Assembly: GCA_053919585.1 (NCBI GenBank)
Contig: CM132815.1
Source of the DNA: Euprymna scolopes
Lineage: Eukaryota
Direction: 5' to 3' (one strand)
DNA length: 64,000 nucleotides
The translations under genes were made by a program, and so were the position numbers. Under the pieces are notes generated by a model. It was not told the DNA's origin. It did no database searches and was given only the letters and a program-made list of their open reading frames with translations. Of the stretch, positions 39,101-54,100 are shown piece after piece. Numbering within the stretch: position 1 is the stretch's first letter; each line of letters begins with the position of its first letter.

Positions 39101-42100
39101 CCGGAATCAACATTTGACACAGTAGATATTCATATGATGGAAACAGAACCAACCACGACACGCAGTACTGAAACGAAAACTTCTCCAACTGTTGAAAAAA
39201 CTTTTACGCAAAAATTGTATCTTAATGAAACATTCCAGTTGATTCCACACCAGATTTTACCTGAAACCACAGAATCATTCCATGCAGTCCACATGCAAAA
39301 GCAAACGCATCCATCTGAAAATGTCTCCGAGGTTTCCAAAGCGACAACGCCCGCATCTTCTTTATTAATATCGGAAGATTTATCAACAGATCTAATCACC
39401 AAAAAGGAACAAAAGATATTGGTTTATGGGAAGATATCTGTATTAAGAGATGCATTAACAGCAACAGACAAAACATCATCTACAAAGCAAGATGCTTCAA
39501 CACAACAAATGGAGTATTTGAGCAAAGATATAAAACAGGTAATATCGAACACGGCTGCATTTAAAAGCCACTCGTTTGAGATGGGCAAAGATAATTTCAC
39601 CAAGCTTCCATTAATTCATAATGTTTCAACATCTCAACAAGATGAAGAGGCATTTTTGTTGTCTACTACCGCGGCAGCAAAAACAGGTGATGCTGATACA
39701 ATTCCACTTTTAAATCCAACTCCTATGCAGACCACTAACTTCTCATCTTTAGTCACATCTGGACAAACAGACATTAGGACTGGATTGATCACACCAATCA
39801 CGGCTCAAACCTCCTCAACTGATTCATTAACACAAACATCATTTATTAATGAAACGTTCCCGTTGACTTCAGATAAAATAACTAACCCACTTGATCCAAT
39901 TCTCACTCAAGAACAACGCCATTCACCTCAAACTGACTTTGTAGTTTCATCAGCAAAAAAAGACAGGCTAAAATCTTCAACGTTTACATCAAAACTTCTA
40001 TCAACAGATACGTTTCCCAAAATAATAATAGAATCAACTTTAAAAACTTTAAAACCAGACTCAAAATCTCTGTCAACAGGTACAAGAACAAACATGATAA
40101 TAGAATCAACTCTGGAAACTCTAGTGCCAGAATCAAAACTTCTGTCAACAGATACATTAACTCAAATAATGACAGAATCAACTCTGAAAACACTAGTGCC
40201 AGAATCAAAACTTCTATCAACTGATAAAATGATAAACATGACTACAAATACTGAAATACCAGAATCAACCAGACACGATTTCACTGATACAAAAGTTGAG
40301 AAAACCATCTCTGCAAATACCACAAAGCAAATACTATCTTCAAAAACCCCAGATACAAGCATAAAATCTACAATGCTCCGGATATTATCATTCTCTGAAC
40401 TTGAAAATCAAACTGATTATCCGGCTCAAACTGAATTAGAGTCTACTGAAATAGATACTTTCACAACTGGGCAGCACATACCCGACAAAGTTATCCATAC
40501 AGAAAAAATATTAGCAATGACAACTCAGCCAATGGAGCCTGAATCTTCGTCTTTACAATTAGACACTGAAAAAATAAGTATGAAAACACAAATAAAAGAA
40601 ACATCATTTTTGCCAATTATATCTACGGAAAAATTATTTCAAGACACGCACTATATTGAACAAACAGTATCAGAAAGGGAAGCTGAGAGAATAACGGAGG
40701 GCTCATCATTGGCAAGTATAAACTTATTTACAAAGTATGTTTTCGAAAAGAAAAGGTTAACCATGGATGAAGCAGATAGACTTGGCACAGAAAAAATAAC
40801 ACAGAGATCAAATATATTACAGGATTTGATCTCACCTACAGAAATCAGTTTGTCAACTGAAAAATCAGATTTGAAACAGGAAATATCAGAAACAGTAGAG
40901 AAAATATCAGTTGTGGATCAATATGAAAAACTTAGCACTGAGCCAATAGTGAAGAGCTCAAAACATTTAGAAGATTTGAGCGCAACAAAGAAAAGTCTCT
41001 TAACATATCCTCATAGTTGGATAGATGATAAAATGATGACAACATTGACTATGCAAGTGACTGATGCACAACAATATCCTGAATGTGATATTCTGTGTGC
41101 TACACCTGCGGTGGAGGGAGATACATCAACCACAGCAGAAGGATTGATAACCACTTTAAGTAGAGATGTCTTAACTGATTTGGAAAAGCAACCGACTGCA
41201 ACAACAAATGAAAAGTTTTCACAAAATGAAATAAACTTTACTACAAAGAAAGTAGATGCAGCAATATCGCAAGAAAATGTCACCAAAAAAACAGCAATCA
41301 AAGTGCATGAAATAAGTGATCCAGACGTGAAAGAATTTACATTACTTAAAACGGATTCTTTACAAGACGGAAAAATAGATTCAACGGCTGAAACAGACAT
41401 GTCTTCTTCTGCACCAACAGGACATCGTATATCCATTAAGAAAATGGTTAGTATCCCCACTATATATCCTCAAATTGATATAACAGCACAAAAGTTGCAA
41501 CAAATACCTACAATGGATACATTTGACTCGTATGGGACGCCAGATAAAATTAGCACAAGTGTTCCTTTATTTCATACGGAACTGGAAGTCTCAATAATTG
41601 AACAAGACCAAAAGACGTCCTCACTGGCTGATTTTCAAATAAGAAAAACTGATGAAGCGGTGATCAACAAAAGTGCTACACCTACAGTTAAGGTAGATAC
41701 TTCTGCAACTGATCAGAAATTAATCAGCCAAACTCCTATTTTGAGTTGGATCGATAGGGAAAAACAGGTGACTGCAATACCACATGAAATGACGTCAGAA
41801 TCAATAGAAACTGCAACAACCAGAAAAATGACACTGTCTTCAAAGAAAGATGACCCAACGACATCTTTAATAAGTATACAAACGAGCAAAGTTGATACAA
41901 CATCAGATTCAGTCTCTATTCCACAAAAAGTCATGTTAGAAAGCGAAATACAAAATACAACAACTATGATGACAACTAATATAACATCTTTTTTCACATC
42001 TAAACAAAAGCGTATGCCTACAATGGATGCATTTCAGATGCACATATCTGCAACGCCTGATAAAAACGACACTGGTGTTCCTCTGTTTCAAACAACAAAA

Positions 42101-45100
42101 ACTGAGGAAGTTGATACATTTCCAGCTTTAGTCTCTACTCAACAAACAGACATGTTAGAAAGCAAAGTACAAACTACAACAGCTATGATGAGCACTAATA
42201 TAACTGAAGCCGAACCAACCAGATCATCAACAACTGAAATGAAACCTTCACCAACAGAGGAGCCAGTTTTCACACAACTTGCCCTTAATAAAACAGTCTC
42301 ACTATTGTCTTCACATCAAAGCATTTTAAGTAATGCTAGCATGCCAGTTGATAGAATACATATTAAAGGTCAAACACATCCATTTAAAACTGACTTTGCT
42401 GACTCAACAACAATTACAGATAGTTTTAAACCTTCGGTATCCACATCAACACCTCTAAGTGATACTAGCTTATCAGTTGATACCATTCTTCCTGAAGAAC
42501 AAACACATTCAGTCAAAACTGTGTTAGAAGATTACTCAACCAATACAGATAGTCCCAAACCTTCAGCATCCACATTAATGCTTTCAAGTGATTCTTACTT
42601 GTCAGTAGATATTGATACTGCACTTCCTCAAAAACAAACACATCTATTAAAAACTGATTTTGCAGATCCTCCAACAGAAACCGGTAGTCTTAAGCCTTCA
42701 ATATCTACATCAAAATCTTTATTTAATACTAGCTTTTCGGTTCAAGATCAAACGCATTTATTAACAAAAATAGATAGTTTCAAAGCTTCAATAAGCACAT
42801 CGACATCTCTATCAAAAGATACACTTACCAAAGCAACAAGGAGATCAAGATTAATAACTGAATTAATAGAGTCAACAACAAATAATTTTACAGATCAAAT
42901 AGTAAAGAAAGAAATTCACAAAGATTTAACAAAAGAAATTCAGAGTTCAACGACTTCTGAACACAGCTTAACAAATGAAAGCATTTATACTAGCAAAGAT
43001 AATTTAACAGTCGAATTTGAATCATCACCTGAACTTACTCAGACAGGTTTATTAACAACTGAAATCAAGCCGGAGAAGTTTTCATTTTCTGGAGATTTAG
43101 TAGCAACTATGAGTCAAGCGATACCAATTGAAAGATTATCTGAAAAAAAAAGTTTTAAAACACAAACAAGAGAGAAATCTTTGCACACAATAGAAACGGG
43201 AGACTTAATGCATATTTCACAGACACACAAGATAACACAAACAGGAAAATCGTTTGCTTCTAATGATAGTTTAATAATGTTAAGGACAGAAGAAGTTTTG
43301 AGACCATCATCAGAATTTGAACAAAAGCAAATAGTACCCCTTGCCACAATTGACACACCATCAGAGTTTGAACAGAAGATCGTAACCACGGACCAATCAG
43401 AACTACCTCGCACTAAAAGAACAAAGCGCTGGTCAAAAATGACACAAGCTTTTATATCATTGGAGAAAACTCCTGCAAAATATCAAGATGGTTTTTCAAC
43501 TGAACAAACAATTTTAAAACATTTAAAATCTCAAACACAAAGGAAAATTTTAATCAGAGATGAAACCAAAAAAGAAGTTGACATGAATTTCACAAAGGAA
43601 ATGACATTTCAAACAATTCCTTCAAGAATAAAGCCTTCAGAGAAAACCGATAGTTTAATGATTGCAAGTGAAATATTTGAAACAGAAACAAAACCATTGA
43701 CCATTGACAGTTCAAATATACTTGGCACTGAATCAACGACCCAAAGCTCAAAATTATTAGAAGGTTTAACTTCATCTGACAAAACTCTGACAATAGAAAT
43801 TTCTTCCTCTATTCCAACAACTGATATGCCGTCAGAATTTGAGCAGAAAATGTTGACCACAGATAAATCAGAAACCTCTAGCAGTAAGAGAACAAAACAC
43901 AGCTTAAAAATGGTGCAAGATTTGATATCATCAGAGAAGATTCCAACAAAATATCAAGATGGTTTCTCAACTGATGAACCAATTTTGAAACATGAAAAAC
44001 TTCAAAAATCAAAAAGAACGTTTATCACAGACAAAGCAGATACATTAATCGCTGATGCAGCACTACAGAGATCAACAATTACCCAAGATCGTATTTCACC
44101 AGATAAAACTCTTCCAATAGATAAAAGTGATTCAACATCTTACCAACGAATAGTTGCATTAACTGCAACTGAAACTGCAACTGATGCACAACCAAGTTTT
44201 GAATGCGATATAATGTGTGCTACACCAGCCGTGGAGGTAGATACTTCTACCACTGCTGACGATCTATCCATTTCTACTCATATTTTATCTGCAGCTGATC
44301 TGGATGGTTACCAAAGGCAATTGACGTCGATATCAACAATCACGCAACCAGAAAAGACATTATTTACCAAGACAGTTGATTCAACAACTTCTTTATTAAG
44401 TTCAACTAAAACACCAACAATCGATAGAAGTGCTACATCAACAGTTAGGGTAGATACTTCTGTGGCCGCTCAGAAACTAACCAGCCAAACTCCTATTTTG
44501 AGTTGGATCGATAGGGAAAAACAGGTGACTGCAATACCACATGAAATGACGTCAGAATCAATAGAAACTGCAACAACCAGAAAAATGACACTGTCTTCAA
44601 AGAAAGATGACCCAACGACATCTTTAATAAATATACAAACGAACAAAGTTGATACAACATCAGATTCAGTCTCTATTCCACAAAAAGTCATGTTAGAAAG
44701 CGAAATACAAAATACAACAACTATGATGACAACTAATATAACATCTTTTTTCACATCTAAACAAAAGCGCATGCCTATAATGGATGCATTTCAGATGCAG
44801 ATATCTGCAATGCCTGATAAAAACGACACTGGTGTTCCTCTGTATCAAACAACAAAAACTGAGGAAGTTGATACATTTCCAGCTTTAGTCTCTACTCAAC
44901 AAACAGACATGTTAGAAAGCAAAGTACAAACTACAACAGCTATGATGAGCACTAATATAACTGAAGCCGAACCAACCAGATCATCAACAACTGAAATGAA
45001 ACCTTCACCAACAGAAGAGCTAGAAGATAAAGCCTCAGCTTTTGTTATAACTCTACAAAAAGATGAGTCTAAGTCTGAGAGCAAAATGCAAAATGAAAGC

Positions 45101-48100
45101 ATGATACTAACCACTAAGCTATCATCTTTATTCCTATCTGGGAAATCTCATATTCATGATGTCCAACCAACCGGACCACTCACTACTGGAAAGGAAATAG
45201 ACAAGCAAGATTTTACACAACAAACGTTTTTAAATAAAACATTCCAACTGACTTCACATCCAGGAATTTTATCTAATGTCTCCATGTCATTTGATACGGT
45301 CCTCACTGAAAAAGACACAGATGCATACAAAACTGAAATTTTGTCGGCAAAAACTGATAGTTCGAAATACACATCAAATCCTTCATTAAGTTCTAAACTG
45401 ACTAAATTGATAAAAGAATCAACCCCAAAGTCTAAAAAGTTAGATTCAACAGAAACAACACGTGATTCTACTGACCAAGTAAAATTTAAACAAAATGACA
45501 CAGATCCCACTAAACTAATGCCGTATACAACTACTGCATCTAGCATTAAATCTACAATGTTTGAAATGTTATCCTCTTCTGATGCTGTCAATACCACTCA
45601 AGACCAATCTGATGAACATGTTACAACAAAATTATTGATAACTGAAACCAAAACACGTGCATCGGAATACAACTTATCAGACCAAATTATTTATTCAACC
45701 AAAGATAACTTAACACTTGCAGATGAGTTAGATGCTGCGACTATGAAGTTTTCTGTCAGTGAAAGACAAAAAGCAACCAAAGCTCAACCATCTACTAAGG
45801 AAAGAAGTGTTACACCACAAACGTTGTCAGAAGAAATGTTTGTTGCAGATGAGATGAGTAAGATGATGCATACTGAAATGCATGTTGCACAAACATATGC
45901 ATCATTATCAAATGCAACATCTGATGAACAAATTGATAGCTCAGTAATGTCAACAGAAAAGTCTGTCTCAAAACGAGTTGTATCAGAAACAGAACGTGAA
46001 AAGTTAATAACAGGTCAATTTGATTCAGATATCACTGAGACAACATTACAGGGCTCAAAACTTTTAAAAGACTTGATGTCAACAGGAAAATTTGCTCAAG
46101 CTCAAATACCCAAATCAGAAGTAAGAGTACATGATTCAACTGAAGAGGAAGAAATCCGCTCAAATTTCACAAAGAAAATTCCCTCTTCTAAAACAAGCTT
46201 TGAATCTACAACGTTTCAGGAGTTATCATCAGGAGTTGCATACAGTTATCTAACACAACCCGATGAATCTGTTACAGGAAAATTACTCATTGCGAAAATC
46301 AAAACATATACTCCTAAACAAAGTGTCTTCGATAAAATCAAATACAACACGTCTGATGAATATGAACAAACAACATTACTGACATCTGAAATTAAAACCG
46401 ATTCACCGAAATACGACTTATCGGAGCAAATTATTTATCCTACGCAGGATGAACTCATGCTTATAGATGAGCTTGATACTACTACTAGGAAGTCACCAGT
46501 TATGGAAGGACAAACTTTAGAGCAATTGACAACCGAAACTCAAACTGAATCATCATCATCATCGTCGTCGTCGTCATCGTCATCATCATTATCGTCATGG
46601 TCAACGTCCTCGTTATCATCATCATCATCATCAGCATCAGCAGCAGCAGCATCTCCAAAGACGTACATCAGAAGCAAAAGTCCTACACTACAAACAAAAG
46701 AAATCATTTTGCAAGGAACATCCAAAGAGAAACCATTCGATAAAACACAGATGGCTGATATGACAAGCACAGAAATGGACATTGTGCAAACACATAAAAC
46801 AGTATCCACAACGAAACCTTACAATTTAACTGATAAGAAAATATTAATTAGTGATGAAGCAGATACACTCAGTGCTGAACCAATGGTGCAGATATCAAAA
46901 GTATCACATGATTTTATAGCGTCACCAAAACCGCTGGAGATGGATCGAGATGGTATATCTGTTCACAAAATTGATGAGACAACAGTAGATGTACAAGCAA
47001 GTCTCGAATGTGGTGTTCTGTGTGCTACACCAGCAGTGGAGGTAGATGCTGCTACAATGATGCAAAAACTATCTAGTACGAGTGATGATTTAAGCAGGGT
47101 GGATTTGACTGAATTCGAAATGCAACCGACTACGATGATATACGAATGGTTATCAAAATCACTTACAACAGAAAGGACACGTTCAGCACCAAAAATCAAT
47201 TTAACGATTCCTTTAAAAAGTACAACTGAATTACCAGTAGTTTTACCATCAAAGTCAACAGATATTTTAATGAAAGCAATGACAAATGAAGAAGCACTTT
47301 CTACAGAAAGAGTTAGTTCATCGTTATTAAGCAGTGAGAAACCAGTTTCAGAAAGTGAGTTATCGTCTTTAGAAATCGTAACGCATGCCATGGAAACATT
47401 GGATATACTTAACAATCAATCTAGGAAACAAATAGCAACAACGTCACAAGATCGCATTTCAAAATTGCAAACTTCGACAATTGAAGAAGAAAGTTCATCA
47501 TCTAATAAAACTAGTTTGAAAAAAGAAATAGCAGTTTCAGGAATGCAAAGATTTGTCACAGACAAATTGGATACCCTTAGCACTCAATCTAGAAAACAAA
47601 TAGAAACAACATCAAAAGATCGCATTTCAAAATTGCAAACTTCGACAATTGAAGAAGAAAGTTTATCATCTAATAAAACTAGTTTCAAAAAAGAAATAGC
47701 AGTTTCAGCAATGCAAAGACTTGTCACAGACAAATTAAATACACTTAGCACTCAATCCAGAAAACAAATATCAACAGAATCTCGAGATTTGATTTCAACA
47801 TGGTACCCATCAAAAGTGGAACAAGAATTTTTGTCAACTGATAAAACAGTTGCTAAAAGTGAGTTATCGTCAGAATTACAAGATCTGATTTCCACTTTAA
47901 AAACTCCTACAACAGAACAAGAAAGTTTGTCCACTGACAAAAAGGTCTTAGAAGGTAGGTTATTTGTTTCGGAAATAAAAGGACATGTCACAGATACATT
48001 GGATACACTTAGTGCGACACCAAAGACACACATGTCAACAGAACTGCAAGATCTGATTTCAACTGTACCAACTCAGACATTGGATCAAGAGAGTTTATCT

Positions 48101-51100
48101 ACTGATAAAGAATTTTCAAAAGATGCATCATCAATTTCAGAAATGAAAGCATACGTCACGGACGCATTGTATCAACATAGCACTAAACCAATAGCACACA
48201 CAACAAAACTTTTACAATATCTGTTTTCAACAGAACAAAGTCCAGCACAGGAACAAAAAAGAAAGACAGTTTCAAAAAGTGAGGTATCAACTTCACATAT
48301 GAAAACATTAAAAGCAGATACCTTGGGTAAACTTAGCACTGTGCCTAGGACAGAAATAGCAACAGAAATACAAGATTTGACTTCAACAGTACAAACTCCA
48401 ACATCTGTTTCCAGTATTTTTTCAAGTGAACAACCAGTTTCCAAAGCTGAGGGTTCAAAAATAAGAACAGACTTTTTGGATAAATTTAGCTCCAAATCCA
48501 CGGAACAAATATCAACAACATTACAAGGTCTTGTTTCAAAAATGCAAACTCCGACAATTGAACAAAGCAGTATCTCAACTGAAAAAACTCTTTCAAAAGA
48601 GGATATATCTGTTTCAGCAATGAAAACACATGTCATAGACACATTGGATTCACTCAGCACTAATCAAAGAACACATATAACAACAGATCTACAAGATCTG
48701 ATTTCAACAAGACAAGCACCAAAAGTTAAACAAGAAAGTTTGTCAATAGAAAAACATGTTTCAAAAAGTGAGGTATCACAATCAGAAATAGAAACACACA
48801 TCACAGACACACCTAGAAGTAAACCAACAACACACAGAGCAACAGAATTCCAATTACAAGACTTTATTTCAAAAGAGCAAACACCAACATCAGAACAAGA
48901 AAGTTTATCAACTCCAAAAATAGTTTCAAAAAGTGAAATATCAGTTCCGGAAATGAAAGCACATGTCACAGACACATTGGATATGGCTAGTGCAAGGCCA
49001 TCAACAGAATTACAGGATCTGATTTCGAAAGTTCATTTTTCAACATTGAAAGAAGAAGGTTTGCCAACTGAAAAATCTGTTTCAATGATTGAGAAACTTA
49101 AAATAGAAACTGCAACAGCAGTTACTGACAAATTAGATAGATTTAGCACTCGAACAAGAAAGCAAACTTCCAAATTATGGCATGATATGATTGCACCTGC
49201 AAAAACCTCAACAACACATTCAGACAGTTCTACTGATGAGAAAATAACAACAGCCTTGACGTCAAGTGTAACTGATTCACAGCCAAACACTGATTGTGAT
49301 GTTCTCTGTGCTACACCAGCAGTAGACTTAGATTCTTCTACTATATCTGAAGAACTATCCATTCTAACTTCTACCACAACCAAAATGGGTTTGGCTGATT
49401 ATGAACAGCTACACGCTAACATGACACAAGAAAACCCGTCAGTGTCAACCGATATTTTGAAAACACCAATTACAAACAAAGAAACACTTTCTATGGAAAC
49501 GGTTGGCTTATCGTTATTAAGCAGTGAAAAAACAAAACCAACCACATCATTATTACATTCCAAAGAGCCAACTTTGACAATGGAACAAGAAAGTGTGTCG
49601 ACTGAAAAAAAAATTTCAAAAAGTGAGGCGTCAACTTTAGAAACAAAAACACAAATGATTGACATTTTGGATACACGTAGTACTAAATCAAGGAGAGAAA
49701 TGTCCACACTAATACAAACTTTAATTTCAACATTGCAAACTCCAACAATGGAACAAGAAAGTTTGTCCATTGAAAAAAATGTATCAACAAGTGATGTCTT
49801 AACTTTAGAAATGAAAACAACAATGACGGAGAGATTGAATGCATTTAGCACTAATCAAACCACACAAACATCAACATCTTCGGATAATCTGATTTCAACA
49901 TTAGAACAACAAAGTGAATCAACAACTAAATCAGTTTCAGAAATAAAAAAAAACATCACGGAAAAATTAGATATGTTTAGTACCAGGCCAGCAACAGAAC
50001 TACATGATGTGAGTTCCCCATTGCAAACGTTAACAACGGAACAAGAAATTCTGCCCACTAATAAAACGATTTCGAAAAGTGAGACATCCGCTTCAGAAAT
50101 GAAAACAAACATTACAGATACTATAGATACACTTATCCCTACACCAGTAACACAAATATCGACAGAATTACAAGATCTGATTTCAACAATGCAAACTCCA
50201 ATAGATGAACAAGAAACTTCCTCAACATTCAAAGCACTTTCACAAAAAGCGATATCTGCTTCAAACATGACAACATCAATAATGGATAAATTGGATACAC
50301 TTAAGCCTGCACTAAAAATACAAATGTCGACGCCATTACAAGATCAGATTTTAACACAGCAGACAATGACACTGGGACAAGACAGTTTGGCAACTGAAAA
50401 AACTGTCTCAACACACATGAAATCAGAAGCAGATCTTGAGATGGCAATGACGGACAAATTTGATACATTTAGCACTAGACCAAAAACAACAACTTCAGAA
50501 CTGTTGCATGATTTGGTTTCACGTGAAAAAAACACAACTGCATCTCTCCAGCATTTAATAGATGACGAAATAACTGCCGTCTTGACTACAGTTGCAACTG
50601 ATCGACAGCCAAGTTCAGATTTAGAAGATGGGGTGACATTTACAGAAATAAAAACACGTGTCACCGACACATTAGATACACTTAGCTCTAAACCAATCAC
50701 CCAGATATCGACAGAATTATCAGATATAATTTCAACTTTACAAACTCCTACAACAGACAAAGAAAGTTTAACCATTGATAAAACTGTTTTGAAAGATGGG
50801 TTGTCAATTACAGAAATAAAACCACGTGTCACGGACGCATTCGATACACTTAGCACTGCACCAATGATACAAATATCGACAGAATTACCAAATATAATTT
50901 CAACTTTACAAACTTCCACGGACAAAGAAAGTTTAACCATTGATAAAACTGTTTTGAAAGATGGGTTGTCAATTACAGAAATAAAACCACGTGTCACGGA
51001 CGTATTAGATACACTTACCACTACACCAATGATACAAATATCGACAGAATTACCAGATATAATTTCAACTTTACAAACTTCCACGGACAAAGAAAGTTTA

Positions 51101-54100
51101 ACCATTGATAAAACTGTTTTGAAAGATGGGTTGTCAATTACAGAAATAAAACCACGTGTCACGGACGCATTAGATACACTTACCACTACACCAATGATAC
51201 AAATATCGACAGAATTACCAGATATAATTTCAACTTTACAAACTTCCACGGACAAAGAAAGTTTAACCATTGATAAAACTGTTTTGAAAGATGGGTTGTC
51301 AATTACAGAAATAAAACCACGTGTCACGGACGCATTAGATACACTTACCACTACACCAATGATACAAATATCGACAGAATTACCAGATATAATTTCAACT
51401 TTACAAACTTCTACGGACAAAGAAAGTTTAACCATTGATAAAGCTGTTTTGAAAGATGGGTTGTCAATTACAGAAATAAAACCACGTGTCACGGACGCAT
51501 TAGATACACTTAGCACTACACCAATGATACAAATATCGACAGAATTACCAGATATAATTTCAACTTTACAAACTTCCACGGACAAAGAAAGTTTAACCAT
51601 TGATAAAACTGTTTTGAAAGATGGGTTGTCAATTACAGAAATAAAACCACCTGTGACAGACACATTAGATACACTTAGCACTAAACCAAAGATAAAAATA
51701 TCGACAGAATTACCAGATATGATTTCAACTTTACAAACTTCTACGGACAAAGAAAGTTTAGCCATTGATAAAACTGTTTTGAAAGATTGGTTGTCGATTA
51801 CAGAAATAAAACCACCTGTGACAGACACATTAGATACACTTAGCACTAAACCAATGATACAAATATCGACAGAATTACCAGATATGATTTCAACTTTACA
51901 AACTTCTACGGACAAAGAAAGTTTAACCATTGATAAAATTGTTTTGAAAGATGGGTTGTCAATTACAGAAATAAAACCACCTGTGACAGACACATTAGAT
52001 ACACTTAGCACTGCACCAATGACACACATATCGACAGAATTACAAGGTCTGATTTCAATTGTACACACTCCATTAATAGAACAAGAAAGTTTATCATCTG
52101 AAAAAACTGTTTCAGCGGATATGAAACTACACACAGAAACTGAAGCTCCAATTATGGATAAATTAGATACATTGAGCACTCTAGCTGCAAAAGAAACTTC
52201 AAAATTATTGCATGATATGATTTCGTATGGAAAAACTCACAAAACACATCCAGAAAGTTCTGTTGATGATAAGATAACAACAGCTTTGACAACAACTCTG
52301 CAGTCAAGTTCGGATTGTGATGTTCTCTGTGCTACCCCAGCTGTAGACGTAGATTCTTCTACCATCTCCGAAGAACTATCTGTTATAACATCTACCACAA
52401 CCAAAGTCGATTTGGCTGATTATGAACAACTACGGATCAACATGACACAAAGAAACACATCAAAACTAACTGATATTTTAACGACACCAATTACACATGA
52501 GGAAACATTTTCTATGATATCAGTCGGTTTAAAGACATCTTTATTAAGCAACAAAACAGAGGAACAAGTATCAACGATTCAAGTCGGAAATGAGGAAGCA
52601 ATTTCCATGGAAACTGATGGCGCATCATTATTAAGCAGTGAAACCAGACCAGCAATCTTACCAGTTTCGTCTGTGCAAGCGCCAACAATTGATAAAAAAA
52701 GTTCATCAACGAAAAAAACAGTTCCAAAAAGTGAGATATCAGTTTTGGAAATGATCACACCATTCGGAGAAAGAGTAGGCAAACTTAGCACTGAACTAAC
52801 TGCACAAATGTCAACAAAGTCACAAGACCTGATTTTGCCAACAACCGATCAAGAATCACTGAATACTTTGACAACAGACAAAACATTTTTAACAACCAAA
52901 ATTGATCCAATTTCTTTGATGCTTACAACTGCATCATTAGAAGGCCAGTTGGTTAAATTAAATGATACAGAGACAACCACATTTCGAGTAGGAACGTTAG
53001 AAGATAAAAAACAAAATGCTGAACAAGATTCACTCGAGAAAAGAACCATCTTTACTCGGAATACAGAAGCTTTATCCACTCAAAGAATGCAAACAAAAGA
53101 ATTTCAAATCCCTTCGCAGTTTGAAAAACAAGCAGTGAATCTCACCAGAGTTTCTGCAATAGAATTAGTAAAAAATGTCTCAGCAATTCCACAGAGCAAA
53201 AAATCATCGGCAGTGATAACTTTTCAACCCATGCAAACTGATACTGTTTCATCTTCTGTCTCAATAGCAGAAACAGCAGAGTTGGAAGACAAAACTATTC
53301 CGACAACAAATATATCAACTTTTGTAACATCAGAAGAAAAATTACCACGAACATCAGATCAAAAGATTTTCACAACTGTTACTATGTTAACTAATACTGA
53401 AAAAGATATGCATGTATCTGACACTGACGTAGTTGTTTCATCAGAAAAAACTTCACTTTCCACTTTAAAGTCACTATCAGTTGATACACGGCCCGAAATG
53501 ATGAAGGCATCAACGCTGGAAACTCAAATACCAGAATCCACTGAAACAACATATGATTACACTGATAGAAAAGTAAAGAAAGAAATACAAAAAGGTTTGA
53601 CAGCTGAAAAATCAATTTCAAGAAGTGAAGAGTCAGATTTCAAAATGAAAACACCAATCACAGAGATATCAAATGCAATCAGCTTTAAAACAGAAACAGA
53701 AATACCATCGCTAATGGAAGATGCGATTTCTTTGACAGTCCAAACTCCAAAAATTGAACATGAAATTTTGTCAATGCCCCAAACTGTTTTGAACAGAGAA
53801 ATATCAACTTCAGAAATGGAAACTCCAGTAACAGATAAATTAGATATTTTTAGCACTGAATCACTGAAACAAGTCTCAGTGCAGTTTAGAGATCCAATTT
53901 CAACAATGAAAACTTCAACCACTGAACATGAAAGGTTGCCAACTGACAAAACAGTTTTAAAAAGTGCGGTGTCCGCTTCAAAAATCGCAACACATGTCAC
54001 AGATGAATTAGGTGGAATTAGTATTAAAGAAACAAAACAAACTTCAGTAATAATAGATGATCTTATATCGACAGCTGATGGAGAAAGTTTGTCACCCAAG

